Shown: positions 43,526-55,612, counted from the stretch's first letter. The stretch is 64,000 nucleotides of DNA from Vulcanimicrobiota bacterium (GCA_041676625.1 JBAYRN010000011.1:2564-66563); one strand, 5' to 3'. The notes: generated by a model from the sequence alone, not told the origin. Made by a program: numbers and translations.

Positions 43526-44553
43526 CGTGAGATTTGCCCTAAAATTCGGGACAGCATGGCCGAACTGCTCATGTTCGGACTTCCCTTCTTGTTGCGCTCC
43601 GCTTCCCGGACCAGGGACACGATCTGTTCGTTGGCGGGGGCGCCGAGTCCGCACCCTCGAGCCAGTTCGACAACAGCCTGATTCAGGAACTCGATCTCGG
43701 TGGGACGGCCTTTCTCCAGGTCGTCTGCCATGGAGGAACGAGCCAGCGGATCGATTCTTAGCATTTGTCCAGCCACCAACTTGAAGAGCCAATCGGGCAG
43801 TCGAAGAAGCCAGGGCACCAGGAACGGAGGCACCTTGGTGAGTTTGGCAGGCTTGATACCGGTCCTTTTCAGAGCGGCCAGCAGTTCGCGCATACAGGCA
43901 GAGAGAACTCTGCGGTAGTCGCGGTCGGAGAGTTCTTGGAGCAGTGGCACTCCGGCCAGAGCATTGATCGCGTTGTTGAGATTGAGCAGCAGCTTGCCCC
44001 AGGAAACTTCGGTGAAATCGGTCCGGGTCTCGACCGGTAGACCCATCGACTGCCAGGCCGATAGGAGCGGAGCGAGGGCTGGATGCGGTTGAAGGAGTAA
44101 AGCCCCATCGGTACCACGATGGAGACGAGGGCCGTCCAACCAGATGACGTTGAAGCCTACGATGGCTGCAACGGTTTTGGCTTTCAAGCTGCGTGCCACT
44201 AATGCATCGGTGCCGATCCCATTTTGACAGCAGACAACCAGAGTCGATTCTGTGACCAGCCTGGAGAGTTCCTTGATGGCCTCTTCCACTGCCGTACATT
44301 TCACGGTCAGTAGGACCACCTTCGGGATCTCCTCAAGCTCTTCGAGAGAGGAGAGAAAAGGGATCTGCGCTCCGTCCAGTCGAGTTACTCGACCCTGGTA
44401 ATCGGTGAGTTTCAAGCCGTCCCGGCGATAGGCCGCTCCGACCGACTCTCGCCCCAGGAGGGTCACGTCAAGTCCTGCGGCGAGCAACGTACCACCGAGG
44501 TATCCGCCGATGGCGCCGGCTCCATAAACCAGTGTTCTAGAGGGCACCGGCAA
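43522..44553 (-). CDS. panE: 2-dehydropantoate 2-reductase family protein
   Basis: LVYGAGAIGGYLGGTLLAAG N-terminal Rossmann motif, and a ketopantoate reductase-like C-terminal domain (SSMADDLEKGRPTEIEFLNQAVV). Confidence 0.7.
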   Translation of the reverse strand: MPVPSRTLVYGAGAIGGYLGGTLLAAGLDVTLLGRESVGAAYRRDGLKLTDYQGRVTRLDGAQIPFLSSLEELEEIPKVVLLTVKCTAVEEAIKELSRLVTESTLVVCCQNGIGTDALVARSLKAKTVAAIVGFNVIWLDGPRLHRGTDGALLLQPHPALAPLLSAWQSMGLPVETRTDFTEVSWGKLLLNLNNAINALAGVPLLQELSDRDYRRVLSACMRELLAALKRTGIKPAKLTKVPPFLVPWLLRLPDWLFKLVAGQMLRIDPLARSSMADDLEKGRPTEIEFLNQAVVELARGCGLGAPANEQIVSLVREAERNKKGSPNMSSSAMLSRILGQISR

Positions 44554-46264
44554 TAGCCCGCCCGGCTTGTCGCCCGCTAAAGATGCATCCCCCTAGGAAG
44601 GTCCCTTCCAGGGCTCGGTAACCGTGCATTCCACCACCACCGAAGCCTGCTGCTTCTCCCACCGCGTAGAGGCCCGGGATGGTCTCACCCCGCTCGTTGA
44701 GCGCTTGGGCCTTCAGATCGGTGTGCACTCCTCCGAGAGATTTTCGGGTCAGAAGATGTAGTCGCACCGCGATCAACGGACCGGCCGCCGGGTCCAGGAG
44801 CCGGTGAGGCTTGACGGTGCGCAGGAGCCGATCGCCCCAGAACGACCGGGCTGAACGTAACGCGGTGATTTGCCCGTCTTTGCAAAATGGGTTGTCGATC
44901 TGCAGATCCCGGACACTGATGATATGTTCGATCCGAGAGAGATTCAACAAAGGCTGCTCGGTGAGCTGGTTCATGCGCTCCACCAGCCGCGGCAGTTCGG
45001 CCTCCACGATGAAGTCTTCGCCCTGTTGTTTGAAAGCCTCCACCGGACCGGGGGCGCCTGGACGGATGCGACCCAAAACACCCAGGACCGATCTGTTGGT
45101 GAGATCGGGGTTTTGTTCAGAGCCGGAAAGAGCGAACTCCTTTTCGATGATCCGTTGATTGAGAATGAACCAGGAATAGTCGTAGCCGGTCTTGAGGATC
45201 TGTTCCAGGGTGCCGAGGGTATCGAAACCAGGCGAATAGGGATGAGGGAACCGGTTGCCTTCGGCATCTAGCCAGAGAGAAGAGGGACCGGGAAGGATCC
45301 GGATGCCGTGATCGGACCAGATGGGGCTCCAGTTCTTGATTCCCTCGCAGTAGTGCCACATGCGATCTCGGTTGATCCAGGCCGCTCCGGCCCTCTCGGC
45401 GGCTTCCAGCATCCGACCGTCCACGTAGTCAGGCACCCCCTTGACCATGCGATGAGGCGGTTTGCCCAGCCGTTGGGGCCAGTGCTTCTTGACCAACTCC
45501 AGATTGGCTCCCATTCCGCCGGACGCTATCACCACGGCCTGGGCGCGTAACTGGAAGTCTCCGTTCACCTCTCGGGTGCTGGGAGTTCCTCGCCCCCCTT
45601 CAGTCGGCGCCAACATCACCCCGGAAACGCCCACGATCCGGCCCCCCTCGCCGATCAACTCCTTGACCTGGTGGCGAAACTTGAAGTGAAGGAGCCCATT
45701 GTCGGCGGCTTTTCTCACCCGGGCCACAAACGGCTCTATCACACCCGGCCCGGTGCCCCAGGTCACGTGAAAGCGAGGGACCGAATTCCCCGGACCCTGG
45801 GCGGAGGCGCCGCCACGTTCGGCCCAACCGACGATGGGGAAGAACCTCATGCCTAGCTCGTACAGCCAGGACCGTTTTTCACCGGCGGCAAAATCGAGGT
45901 AAGCCTCGGCCCACCTCTTGGGCCAGTTGTCTTCCGGGCGGTCGAAGCCCGCGGTTCCCATCCAATCTTCCAGAGCAAGCTCTCTGGAATCTCGGATCCG
46001 CATTCGTCTTTGTTCGGGTGAGTCCACGAAGAATAGTCCACCGAAGGACCAGAAGGCCTGCCCGCCCAGACTTTGCTCTCCCTCCTGGTCGAGCAGCAGT
46101 ACGGACCTTCCCGCCCGGGTCAGTTCACAAGCGGTGACAAGACCGGCCAGACCGGCTCCCACGACGATCACGTCGGCTTCATTGGCTTGAGTCATGAAGT
46201 GGTTTTCGGGACTTTCGCCGGGCCACCTCGCATGGAGGAGCATGCGATCCTTCGGCTGAATCAT
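44537..46264 (-). CDS. FAD-binding dehydrogenase (COG3573-like flavoprotein oxidoreductase)
   Basis: ADVIVVGAGLAGLVTACEL, LLLDQEGEQSLGGQAFWSFGGLF, LYAVGEAAGFGGGGMHGYRALEGTFLGGCIFSGR. An alternative start is the ATG at 46195 (MTQANEADV..). Confidence 0.7.
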   Translation of the reverse strand: MIQPKDRMLLHARWPGESPENHFMTQANEADVIVVGAGLAGLVTACELTRAGRSVLLLDQEGEQSLGGQAFWSFGGLFFVDSPEQRRMRIRDSRELALEDWMGTAGFDRPEDNWPKRWAEAYLDFAAGEKRSWLYELGMRFFPIVGWAERGGASAQGPGNSVPRFHVTWGTGPGVIEPFVARVRKAADNGLLHFKFRHQVKELIGEGGRIVGVSGVMLAPTEGGRGTPSTREVNGDFQLRAQAVVIASGGMGANLELVKKHWPQRLGKPPHRMVKGVPDYVDGRMLEAAERAGAAWINRDRMWHYCEGIKNWSPIWSDHGIRILPGPSSLWLDAEGNRFPHPYSPGFDTLGTLEQILKTGYDYSWFILNQRIIEKEFALSGSEQNPDLTNRSVLGVLGRIRPGAPGPVEAFKQQGEDFIVEAELPRLVERMNQLTEQPLLNLSRIEHIISVRDLQIDNPFCKDGQITALRSARSFWGDRLLRTVKPHRLLDPAAGPLIAVRLHLLTRKSLGGVHTDLKAQALNERGETIPGLYAVGEAAGFGGGGMHGYRALEGTFLGGCIFSGRQAGRAIAGAL

Positions 46265-46345
46265 GACAAAGTGGGATGTTGTTTTGTTTTTGTCTGTTTT
46301 TAGAGTTGAACGCCCATAGATATTTTTGAAGGATTTTCAATTTTC

Positions 46346-47443
46346 ATGGGAAAATTGTTCATTATGAAACAGCTTGTAGCCATTTTTCTGCTTTTGTCGT
46401 CGTTTGCTCTAGCTCAAAACGAGCCCGTCAATTTTTCCAACCGCACCGTCCAGGGGATCGCCATCAACCTTATCACCGTCGATCTGAACTCCCAGGAGAT
46501 CGATATCCGGCCGATCGTCGCTCCGGCCGGGGAGGCGGTCTCTTTTCAGGGGCTGATCAACCAGGGGGAGGGGCCTTACGCGGCCATCACCGGCACTTTT
46601 TTTGATCCCGCTACCGCCATCACCGTGGGCAACGTGGTCTCCAACGGGCGACTCATGACCGAAGGCTCGGTGGGGAGCGTGATGACCATCGGGGAAGACC
46701 GCAAGGCCAGCGTACGATCCTTAGAGGGTAAAATGGGGCGTCACATCGACTGGACCGGTACCAAGTTTGCCATCTCCGCAGGCCCCACTCTACTCACTGA
46801 CGGGCAGGCGATCATCGCCCCCAGCAGCGAAGGGTTTCGCGATCCCGGCCTGTACGGTGCGAGAATTCGCGCCGCTATGGGGGTGACCCCTGAAAACAAG
46901 CTGTTGCTACTGACCACCCGACAGCCCGTGACCCTACACGGACTGGCCCGAATCTTCCAGGATCTGGGCGCCGTGGATGCCGTGAATCTGGACGGGGGAA
47001 GTTCCACCGCTCTGTACCACGCCGGTTCCACCATCACCCGCCCAGGCCGCCGACTGACCAACTTGATCGGGATCTACGCGGCAGGCTCCGCGCCGGACCA
47101 GTCTCGGGAGCTTTCCGGCCAATATGCTCAGGCCTACAAGCACTACCTCAAAGGGGTCAAGCTCTTTAAGCAAGGCTCTCTGCTGCACGCCCACTCGCAG
47201 GTTCGAAAGGCCCTCTCTATGGCGCCTGATCGCCCTCCGTACTGGGAGACTCTGGGTGAGATCCTGGAACTGGATCGGCAGTTGGAAGAAGCTGCGCGCT
47301 CCTTTCTCAAGGCGGCGGAGCTCTACGCCCAGCGCTCCCAGGACGACAAAGCTCTGGCCTGTGCCGCTTCGGGCTTTCGGTTGGCTCCTGACCTGAGATC
47401 CGAATATCCCCAATTTGCGACTTTGCTAGGTTATCGGGAGTGA
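46346..47443 (+). CDS. Phosphodiester glycosidase (DUF2233/NAGPA-like) domain protein with a C-terminal TPR-like region
   Basis: Signal peptide, AITGTFFD, GVTPENKLLLLT, AVNLDGGSSTALY. The helical repeats lie at the C-terminus. Confidence 0.65.
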   Translation: MGKLFIMKQLVAIFLLLSSFALAQNEPVNFSNRTVQGIAINLITVDLNSQEIDIRPIVAPAGEAVSFQGLINQGEGPYAAITGTFFDPATAITVGNVVSNGRLMTEGSVGSVMTIGEDRKASVRSLEGKMGRHIDWTGTKFAISAGPTLLTDGQAIIAPSSEGFRDPGLYGARIRAAMGVTPENKLLLLTTRQPVTLHGLARIFQDLGAVDAVNLDGGSSTALYHAGSTITRPGRRLTNLIGIYAAGSAPDQSRELSGQYAQAYKHYLKGVKLFKQGSLLHAHSQVRKALSMAPDRPPYWETLGEILELDRQLEEAARSFLKAAELYAQRSQDDKALACAASGFRLAPDLRSEYPQFATLLGYRE

Positions 47444-48936
47444 GCCTGGACTTGTAGGATGGCTTTGGCTAGTAGTTCTCTTCGCAGAGGCTTGGTGAGC
47501 CAGTAGTCCATCCCCGCGGCCAGGCATTTCTCCCGGTCTTCTTCAAAGGCGTGGGCGGTCAGAGCGATAATCGGTACTCTGCTCCCCACGTCTTCTTTTT
47601 TTCGAATGCGGCGGGCGGTTTCGTATCCGTCCAAGTTTGGCATCCGGCAGTCCATCAAGATGAGATCGAAAGGAGTACCCTCCAACTCGGCCAGGGCGGC
47701 CACTCCGTCAGCCGCTACCGTCACCGCGCATTCCAGCCTTTTCAGGGTCAGGGTGGCCACCCTCTGGCTGACCGGATCATCTTCCACGACCAGCACTCTC
47801 AAGCCGGGAAAGGTCCGAATCTCAGACCTGTCGGGGGAAGCTTTCTGAGGGGAAGCCTCCTCCGGGGAGAAGGGGAGTGTGACCAACGCCGTGCATCCCG
47901 GATTTGCCATTTCCAGTTCGATGGTACCGTCCATGAGTTCCATGAGTTGTCGACAGATGGCCAGGCCCAAACCCGTGCCCTGGTCGGTTTCACGAGCTTT
48001 GAAAAAAGGGAAAAAGATCAGGTCCAGCTTGTCGCGGGGGATCCCGATGCCGTTGTCCTGGATCGCAAACTCCAGGGTTCGATGGTCCGGACCTGCACGG
48101 CAGGACATTTCGATCCGTCCTCCCGAGGGTGTGAATTTCACCGCGTTGGATGCCAGATTGACCAGCACCTGGCGCAGGCGGTTCTCGTCGCCCATGGTAA
48201 ATTCGGGTAGGTCGTCGGCGATCGTGGTGTGCAGGGTCAGCCCCTTTTTGCGGGCCTGGTGCTCGAAAAAAGTAGAGAGAGATCTCATCAGAGAGGCGGG
48301 CGAGAATAAAGCTCTGGTGAGAGAGACGCGTCCCGAATCGACCGCGCTAAAGTCCAGCAGGTCGTTGACCAGGGCCAGCAGGTTGCCGGCGGAATCTTTC
48401 AAGACGTCCAACAATTCCTGAACTTCATCGTCCCACGGTCGATCCTGCAGCAGTTCGGCGATGCCCACGATCCCGTTGAGAGGGGTGCGAAGTTCGTGGC
48501 TGGCGTTGGCCAAAAAACGGCTCTTGGCCACGCTCGCTTCCTGGGCCAGGTCGTGGGCTTCTCTCAGTTCCTGCTCGGTACGCTTGAGTCGAGTGAGATC
48601 GCGGACAACCCCCACCAGGATCTTTTCTCCGCTTTCGGTCACGAAGACCGACTTCTTGGTGGAGATGATTCGGGTGTCGCCACCTGCCCCGGTGAAGCGC
48701 TCTTCGTTTTCCATGGTCTTGCCGCTGCGAAAGACTTCATCGTCCTTGGCCCAAAAGACCAGGGCTTCTTCTTCCGGGAAGATGTCAAAATCGGATTTTC
48801 CGATCAGTTCTTCCCGAGAATGCCCAATGTAACGACAGGCGGCTTCGTTGAGCAAGATCCATCGGTGATTCTCATCTTTTACGAAAATCGGGTCGGCCAC
48901 GGCGTCGATGATATCTCGGAGCAAGTCACTGTTCAT
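47431..48936 (-). CDS. Hybrid sensor histidine kinase (PAS - HisKA - HATPase_c - REC)
   Basis: PAS (DPIFVKDENHRWILLNEAACRY), H-box ANASHELRTPLNGI, N/G boxes (NAVKFT, DNGIGI, GTGLGLAI), and receiver VLVVEDDP..LILMDCRMPNLDG. I prefer the ATG at 48936 over the TTG at 48963. Confidence 0.85.
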   Translation of the reverse strand: MNSDLLRDIIDAVADPIFVKDENHRWILLNEAACRYIGHSREELIGKSDFDIFPEEEALVFWAKDDEVFRSGKTMENEERFTGAGGDTRIISTKKSVFVTESGEKILVGVVRDLTRLKRTEQELREAHDLAQEASVAKSRFLANASHELRTPLNGIVGIAELLQDRPWDDEVQELLDVLKDSAGNLLALVNDLLDFSAVDSGRVSLTRALFSPASLMRSLSTFFEHQARKKGLTLHTTIADDLPEFTMGDENRLRQVLVNLASNAVKFTPSGGRIEMSCRAGPDHRTLEFAIQDNGIGIPRDKLDLIFFPFFKARETDQGTGLGLAICRQLMELMDGTIELEMANPGCTALVTLPFSPEEASPQKASPDRSEIRTFPGLRVLVVEDDPVSQRVATLTLKRLECAVTVAADGVAALAELEGTPFDLILMDCRMPNLDGYETARRIRKKEDVGSRVPIIALTAHAFEEDREKCLAAGMDYWLTKPLRRELLAKAILQVQAHSR

Positions 48937-48938
48937 GG

Positions 48939-49803
48939 CTACGGACGGACGGTAAAAGACCAACTCTTTTCTGCGCTACGCCCGAGCTGGTCCGAGATGC
49001 TAGCCTGGACCTGATAGTTACCCGGACCCACGACCCTCAAGGTGAAATCGACCCGATCCCGGCGAGGAAAGACCTGCACCACCTCCGCTCCGCCGGAGAC
49101 CTGGAGCCGGACCGAACCGGGGTCCAGGAACAGCGAGCTGCCCTCCAGGGTGAACCAACCGGGAATGAGATCCAGATGATCCGAGGCGACGGTCGGGCCT
49201 GTCTCGCCGATCCGGGGCCTGCCGGCGGAGACCGAGATCCGCTTGCCCCGGAGTGTCCTCCGGCCTTCCTGTACGAGAAGCGGTACTTCCCGGAGATCCC
49301 ATTCGCCCACTACCAGACTGGTCTGGAAACGCCCATCGGGGCGGCTCCGGAATTTAGAGCCCTCCGTCTGCCCGGGGATCCGAAGGATCGGAGAGGTCAA
49401 ACCCGCGCGCTCGGCTTCCGGCCGTTCGATCACGACTTCCAACTTCTGCCCCGGCTTGAGTACAGGAATCCAGGGGGTCAGTTCTAGAGAGACGGCCGGC
49501 ATGGGTGCTGGACTGAAGGCGTCGCAGCGGGAGACCAGGCCGCTCTTTGCCTGATAGGAGGCAACCACTTTGAGGGGGGTGCCGTCTTCCAGGGCCGAGG
49601 TGAGTTCCTCGGCGGACCGGGCTGAGCCATCGAGGGTAAAGATGGTTTGCTCATCCCACTGCAGCAACACGCCGGTTCCTCCGACGTCGATGGAGGCCTG
49701 GCCGTAGCGAAGATCGATGAGCCCACCCTGGAGTAGGCAGGAAAGCTCCCGGGCCGAACTCGGAACCAGGAGCATCACCAATAAAACCAGGTAACTGGCC
49801 CTT

Positions 49804-49817
<14 letters not shown>
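48939..49817 (-). CDS. Secreted hypothetical protein (beta-rich, Ig-like by composition)
   Basis: TTG start. Signal-like [20 protein letters not shown]. Overlaps the pyrG stop by 14 nt. Confidence 0.5.
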
Positions 49818-51451
<1,634 letters not shown>

Positions 51452-51459
<8 letters not shown>

Positions 51460-52129
51460 GTCTTAAACAGACGACTTTCGTGTTGGCGGGAAGGCGGGCC
51501 AGTTCCACCTCTACGGCAGTGGTGGCAGCGTCTTCCACGTTGCTCATCTTGTCTATGAAGGCAGAGAGTGGGTGCTCGCAAAGCGGCCCTTCCCCGAGTT
51601 CATCGGTCTTGTAATGCATGGGAAAGACGATGCGGGGGTTGAGCTGGTTGATCAGAAGGGCCGCCTGGGAAGGTTCCAGGGTCTCCTTGCCTCCAACCGG
51701 GATGAACACCACGTCGACTTTGCCCAGCGTGCCCAGTTGCTCGTCGGTGAGAAGGTGGCCGATGTCTCCGAAGTGGGCGAAGTGCACGCCCTCCCAAAAC
51801 CAGTGCCAGATCGTGTTGGGGCCTCGGCGGCGTCCTTCTTGATCGTCATGAAAGCAGGGCATGCCGACAAATTTAAGGGTCTCTCCGGTCCGGGGGATGT
51901 TGAGCTCGGTCTCCGAGGCAAACCCGTGCGAACGCTTGACCAACATGGGGTTGTTTTCAAACCGATAGTAGGCGTTGTGATCGTGGTGCTCGTGAGAGAC
52001 CATGACTACATCGGGCTCTACCTGGGGTAGCGTGTAGGGGATGCGCTGGCTGTAAGGGTCGATGACCACTGAACTCCCCTTGCTCGAAGAGACCAGGAAG
52101 CACGAATGGCCTAGGTACCGTACATTCAT
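51452..52129 (-). CDS. MBL-fold metallo-hydrolase (UPF0173-like)
   Basis: [24 protein letters not shown]. Overlaps the pyrG start by 8 nt. Confidence 0.8.
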
Positions 52130-52146
52130 AGTGACGTCCTAACAAA

Positions 52147-52983
52147 TTAATGGTGGTGCGGTCGGCTTTGACTCGACAGCCGGTTTTCCCGCCATTTTTG
52201 TAAGAAAAGTTGAAAATGGGCATTGACCGGGATGGGGTTGCGGATCGGATTCATGTGCCCTCCGGGGATGCAGGCGGTGGTCAGGTGGGGTAGGAGTTCC
52301 TGCAAAATATCTTTGACCGCCAGGACCTCCGGAGGAGAAACCGTGCCGTGGAGGAGATGGAAAGGGCAGTTGATCGACAGATATTCGGTGTGGGGCGTTT
52401 CATCCTTGAGGACTTCGTAGACCTCGGCTGCGATCTTCTCCGCCCCCAGGATCACCGGTCGTCGTTGGACCTCGGTCATGGCAGCCCAAAAACCATCTCC
52501 GTTCCAGTAGTCGATGAACCGGTGGAGGTAGGCTTCGGTGCCTGCTCTGCTCTTGTCGAGTAAGACCATCTCCGGGTCGAAGCGCTTAATGACCTCTTCG
52601 ATCTTGACCCCTCGAAAGCTTGCCAATCCGCCCCACATGACCGGTTCGTAAAGGCACATCCCCAGGGTGCGTTCAGGCCGTGCCACCGCACATTTCAGGG
52701 CGATGAAGCCGCCGTAGGAGTGCCCCAGCAAAAGATAGGGAGTGGGGAGGCTGTCCAAAAAAGCTAGAATCTGTTCCAGGTCTTCGGTGTAGCGAAAGTC
52801 GAGTCCGTTGGGTGAGGGCGGGCTGCCGCCATAGCCCAGGAAATCGGGCGCCATGATCTGGTGGTGAGCCGAAGCGGCTTCGCCGATCCTGCGCCATTGG
52901 AGGCCCGAGAGACCTGAGCAGTGGAGGGCCACCACGGGGGTGCCGCGCTCACCCCAACGATGAATTTTGAGAACCGATCCCAT
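52147..52983 (-). CDS. Alpha/beta hydrolase
   Basis: VVALHCSGLSG and the nucleophile elbow LLGHSYGG. Start taken at the ATG at 52983 (MGSVLKIH..). Confidence 0.75.
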   Translation of the reverse strand: MGSVLKIHRWGERGTPVVALHCSGLSGLQWRRIGEAASAHHQIMAPDFLGYGGSPPSPNGLDFRYTEDLEQILAFLDSLPTPYLLLGHSYGGFIALKCAVARPERTLGMCLYEPVMWGGLASFRGVKIEEVIKRFDPEMVLLDKSRAGTEAYLHRFIDYWNGDGFWAAMTEVQRRPVILGAEKIAAEVYEVLKDETPHTEYLSINCPFHLLHGTVSPPEVLAVKDILQELLPHLTTACIPGGHMNPIRNPIPVNAHFQLFLQKWRENRLSSQSRPHHH

Positions 52984-53065
52984 CTCTGGCGTATACCACC
53001 CCTGCCCTATTCGGTCAACAGGCTTTGACAGCAGGAAGCCCGTGGTGATAGAATCCGGCGCAATT

Positions 53066-54325
53066 ATGAAAACATCAATACTTTGGAAAAAAATTGACGA
53101 AAACAGCCAGGCCGTGGCCGAACGCAACGAACTGGTTCGTCCGGGGGAAAAATTCAGCCTCACCGATGATCAAAAAGACGCGATCGAGTGGCTGGACAAC
53201 AACATCGACAAAGCCAAGCGAACCGACCGGTTCCTGTTGAAGGCTCCTACCGGGGCCGGCAAAACAGAGGTGTTCTTCCGAGTCAGCATTCAACAGGCCG
53301 TGGAGAAGGGCAACGTGGTGATCGCCCTGATCCCCACTCGAGACCTGGCCCGCCAGCAGGCGGACTACTTCGAGGCTCGCCTGGAAGGCACCGAGCTCGA
53401 GGTGGCGCAGCTTCACGGGGGGATACCTCCCCGCCAGCGCAGCACCATCATGGAGCAAGTGGAGAAAGGTGAAGTCCGATTTGTGGTGGGAAGCGCCATG
53501 CTGCTCCAGCACCGCAAATATCGAAAGACCCTGGAATCAGCCGCTCTCATCGTGGTGGACGACGTAAACGCCTTCGATGAGGAAGAGGACCTCCAGCACC
53601 TGAGGGGCCTGAAAACCCCCGTACTCTACACCACCGCCACCCCTTCGGCTGTGGAAAGATTCCTCAAAGCCGAAAAGGCCTTCGACAAAATGTTCGAGAT
53701 GAAGCAGATGCCTTTCGACTCCCCGGATACCGAGGTTCATGAAGTTCGGGCCACCTGGAACGAGAATATCTTTTCCCAGATCGATATGGGTAAGGATGTG
53801 CTGCAACGGCATCTCGACGAAGGCAGCAGGGTGTTTGTCATCTCCAAGACCCGGGCCCGGGTGCCGGTGATCGCGCAGTACGTGGAAGACCGCTTCAACG
53901 TTCCGGTTTCGATCCTCCACGGCGACATGGCCGACTCCAAGGAGCATAGCCGCCGAATGCGGGGCAAGAAAAAGTCCAGCGAAGACCGCATCACCATGAT
54001 GAAGCAGTTCCGCGACTCCAAGCCGGCCATCCTGGTAGCCACCAACCTGGTGGGATCGGGTTTGGATATCCCCATGGCCGATATGGTCCTGGTGACCGAC
54101 GCTGATCACTTCGGAGAGGCTGAACTGGAGCAGTTGATGGGTCGGGTGGGGCGCCGTGAACGCGGATCCGACGCGGTTTTGATCCGGGGAACCACGGGAA
54201 GCCCGATCAAGGCCGGCATCAAGGTCAAAGCCACCACCCGGGTGCGCAAGGGCGGGGTGGTCACCACCTATCGCATCGTGGACGCAGGCCGGGGCCGCAA
54301 CCCCAACAAGCGCCGGGTCGTATGA
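53066..54325 (+). CDS. Superfamily 2 helicase, ComFA/RecG-like
   Basis: Motif I KAPTGAGKTE, motif II VVDDVNAFD (DD instead of DE), motif III TTATPS, motif V ATNLVGSGLDIP, motif VI QLMGRVGRR. ATG at 53066. Confidence 0.7.
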   Translation: MKTSILWKKIDENSQAVAERNELVRPGEKFSLTDDQKDAIEWLDNNIDKAKRTDRFLLKAPTGAGKTEVFFRVSIQQAVEKGNVVIALIPTRDLARQQADYFEARLEGTELEVAQLHGGIPPRQRSTIMEQVEKGEVRFVVGSAMLLQHRKYRKTLESAALIVVDDVNAFDEEEDLQHLRGLKTPVLYTTATPSAVERFLKAEKAFDKMFEMKQMPFDSPDTEVHEVRATWNENIFSQIDMGKDVLQRHLDEGSRVFVISKTRARVPVIAQYVEDRFNVPVSILHGDMADSKEHSRRMRGKKKSSEDRITMMKQFRDSKPAILVATNLVGSGLDIPMADMVLVTDADHFGEAELEQLMGRVGRRERGSDAVLIRGTTGSPIKAGIKVKATTRVRKGGVVTTYRIVDAGRGRNPNKRRVV

Positions 54326-54738
54326 ACTGCCCTCGCTGTTCCACTGAGCTGGTGCCGGTCACCATCGAATCGGCGGAAGTCCTGGCCTGCGGTAACTGCG
54401 AAGGTACCTGGTACCCCGATGAAGCCCTGGCCGAGGTGACCGATCATAGTTTCAGCGAGCTAAAAGAAACACCGCTGAAAGAGAGTCTGGTGCCCGACCA
54501 ACTGGCCAAAGTGGACCTGGATGAGCCGATCTGCTGCCCCGAATGCGCTCGGCAGATGAGCCGCTACACCTACTCCCTGACCTGCCCTATCGTATTGGAC
54601 GAGTGCATGGAGCACGGGGTCTGGTTGGACGACGGAGAACTCGGGACCCTGATGCAGTATCTGACCGAGTTGGACAAACGGGTGGGGGCCACCCACGTGC
54701 TGGCAGCTTTGAACGCGGTTCACACCCGCCCCAGATAA
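54322..54738 (+). CDS. zf-TFIIB-type zinc-ribbon domain protein
   Basis: MNCPRCSTEL...CGNCEGTWY and CCPECARQM...CMEHGVWLDDGEL (two zinc-ribbon units). ATGA overlap with the helicase gene. Confidence 0.7.
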   Translation: MNCPRCSTELVPVTIESAEVLACGNCEGTWYPDEALAEVTDHSFSELKETPLKESLVPDQLAKVDLDEPICCPECARQMSRYTYSLTCPIVLDECMEHGVWLDDGELGTLMQYLTELDKRVGATHVLAALNAVHTRPR

Positions 54739-54780
54739 AAAAAAAGCCCCCGAGAAACCCGGGGGCGTTTTCGGTTTTTT
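54737..54780. terminator. Bidirectional rho-independent terminator
   Basis: AAAAAAAAA-GCCCCCG-agaaacc-CGGGGGC-GTTTTCGGTTTTTT, between convergent genes. Confidence 0.7.
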
Positions 54781-54789
54781 GGCCGGCGG

Positions 54790-55158
54790 TTAGGCGCCCT
54801 TGGGGTTGGGGCCGTACTCGTTGTTGCCGGGTTGGCTGTCCACGACCATGAAGTAGAGCATGATCAGCGGACCGATCAGGGGGATGAAGGACACCAGCAT
54901 GAACCATCCGCTCTTCCCAGTGTCATGGAGTCGTCGTACTGTTAAAGCGATCCCGGGAATGATCACGGCAAGGCTATAAAGCATAGGGAGTAGGCCGAAT
55001 GTCTCCACTCCTGTCATACCAACGAGCATGCCGCCACTGAACCCAAGCACAACGCTGATGATGAGGTTAAAGAGAAAGAACATCCAGTATTCTTGGCGCC
55101 TAGCGCGCCCATTGAAATCAGCGTAGTGTTGTTTCAGAACTTTTAGATACCAGTCCAT
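54790..55158 (-). CDS. DUF805 family inner-membrane protein
   Basis: [41 protein letters not shown] at 55158 with GAGGAG upstream, and a TATAAT (55191-55186, minus strand) further upstream. Confidence 0.8.
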   Translation of the reverse strand: MDWYLKVLKQHYADFNGRARRQEYWMFFLFNLIISVVLGFSGGMLVGMTGVETFGLLPMLYSLAVIIPGIALTVRRLHDTGKSGWFMLVSFIPLIGPLIMLYFMVVDSQPGNNEYGPNPKGA

Positions 55159-55318
55159 TTTAATAAGACTCCTCGAAGCAAAATGATTATATTGAACTAG
55201 TTTGCGGGTTCGCCCAGAATTCCTTGAGAAAATGAGCAAAAATTTTTTATACTGAAGCTGTTTGTATAAGTGCGCGTTCTATAGGGAAAAGCTGCGGGAA
55301 ACTCGGTAATTTTTCGAT

Positions 55319-55537
55319 CTACCGTTTTGGCGAACTCTTCAGCTTCGTGCCCAGGTAAAGAAGTCCGCCGCCCACAGCCAGGATTCCCAGGCCCCAGGCA
55401 GCCACACTGAAGAGGGTAGCCCCAACTGCCAGGGCACCGGCTACTGCGATGAAGACTTTCAGTCCAATCAGGGCGCAGACCAGGCCCAACATGACTTTGA
55501 CGTAGAAGGCGATTCCTCGGGGTTTTTTCTGACTCAT
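55319..55537 (-). CDS. Small two-TM membrane protein, hypothetical
   Basis: 72 aa: FYVKVMLGLVCALIGLKVFIAVAGALAVGATLF..GLGILAVGGGLLYLG. Confidence 0.45.
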   Translation of the reverse strand: MSQKKPRGIAFYVKVMLGLVCALIGLKVFIAVAGALAVGATLFSVAAWGLGILAVGGGLLYLGTKLKSSPKR

Positions 55538-55612
55538 TAGCGTTCTCCGTTTCTCAGGGTTTTAGTATACGAAATTCGAGCCGGGATAGCAATTCTCTTT
55601 AAGCAAGAAAAT

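Noticed and set aside
43445-44299. 284-aa ORF overlapping the panE-like gene in another frame on the same strand
   Set aside because: It is Arg/Ser/Gly/Pro-rich with no motifs. The overlapping frame encodes a protein with a clear Rossmann motif and ketopantoate-reductase-like C-terminus.
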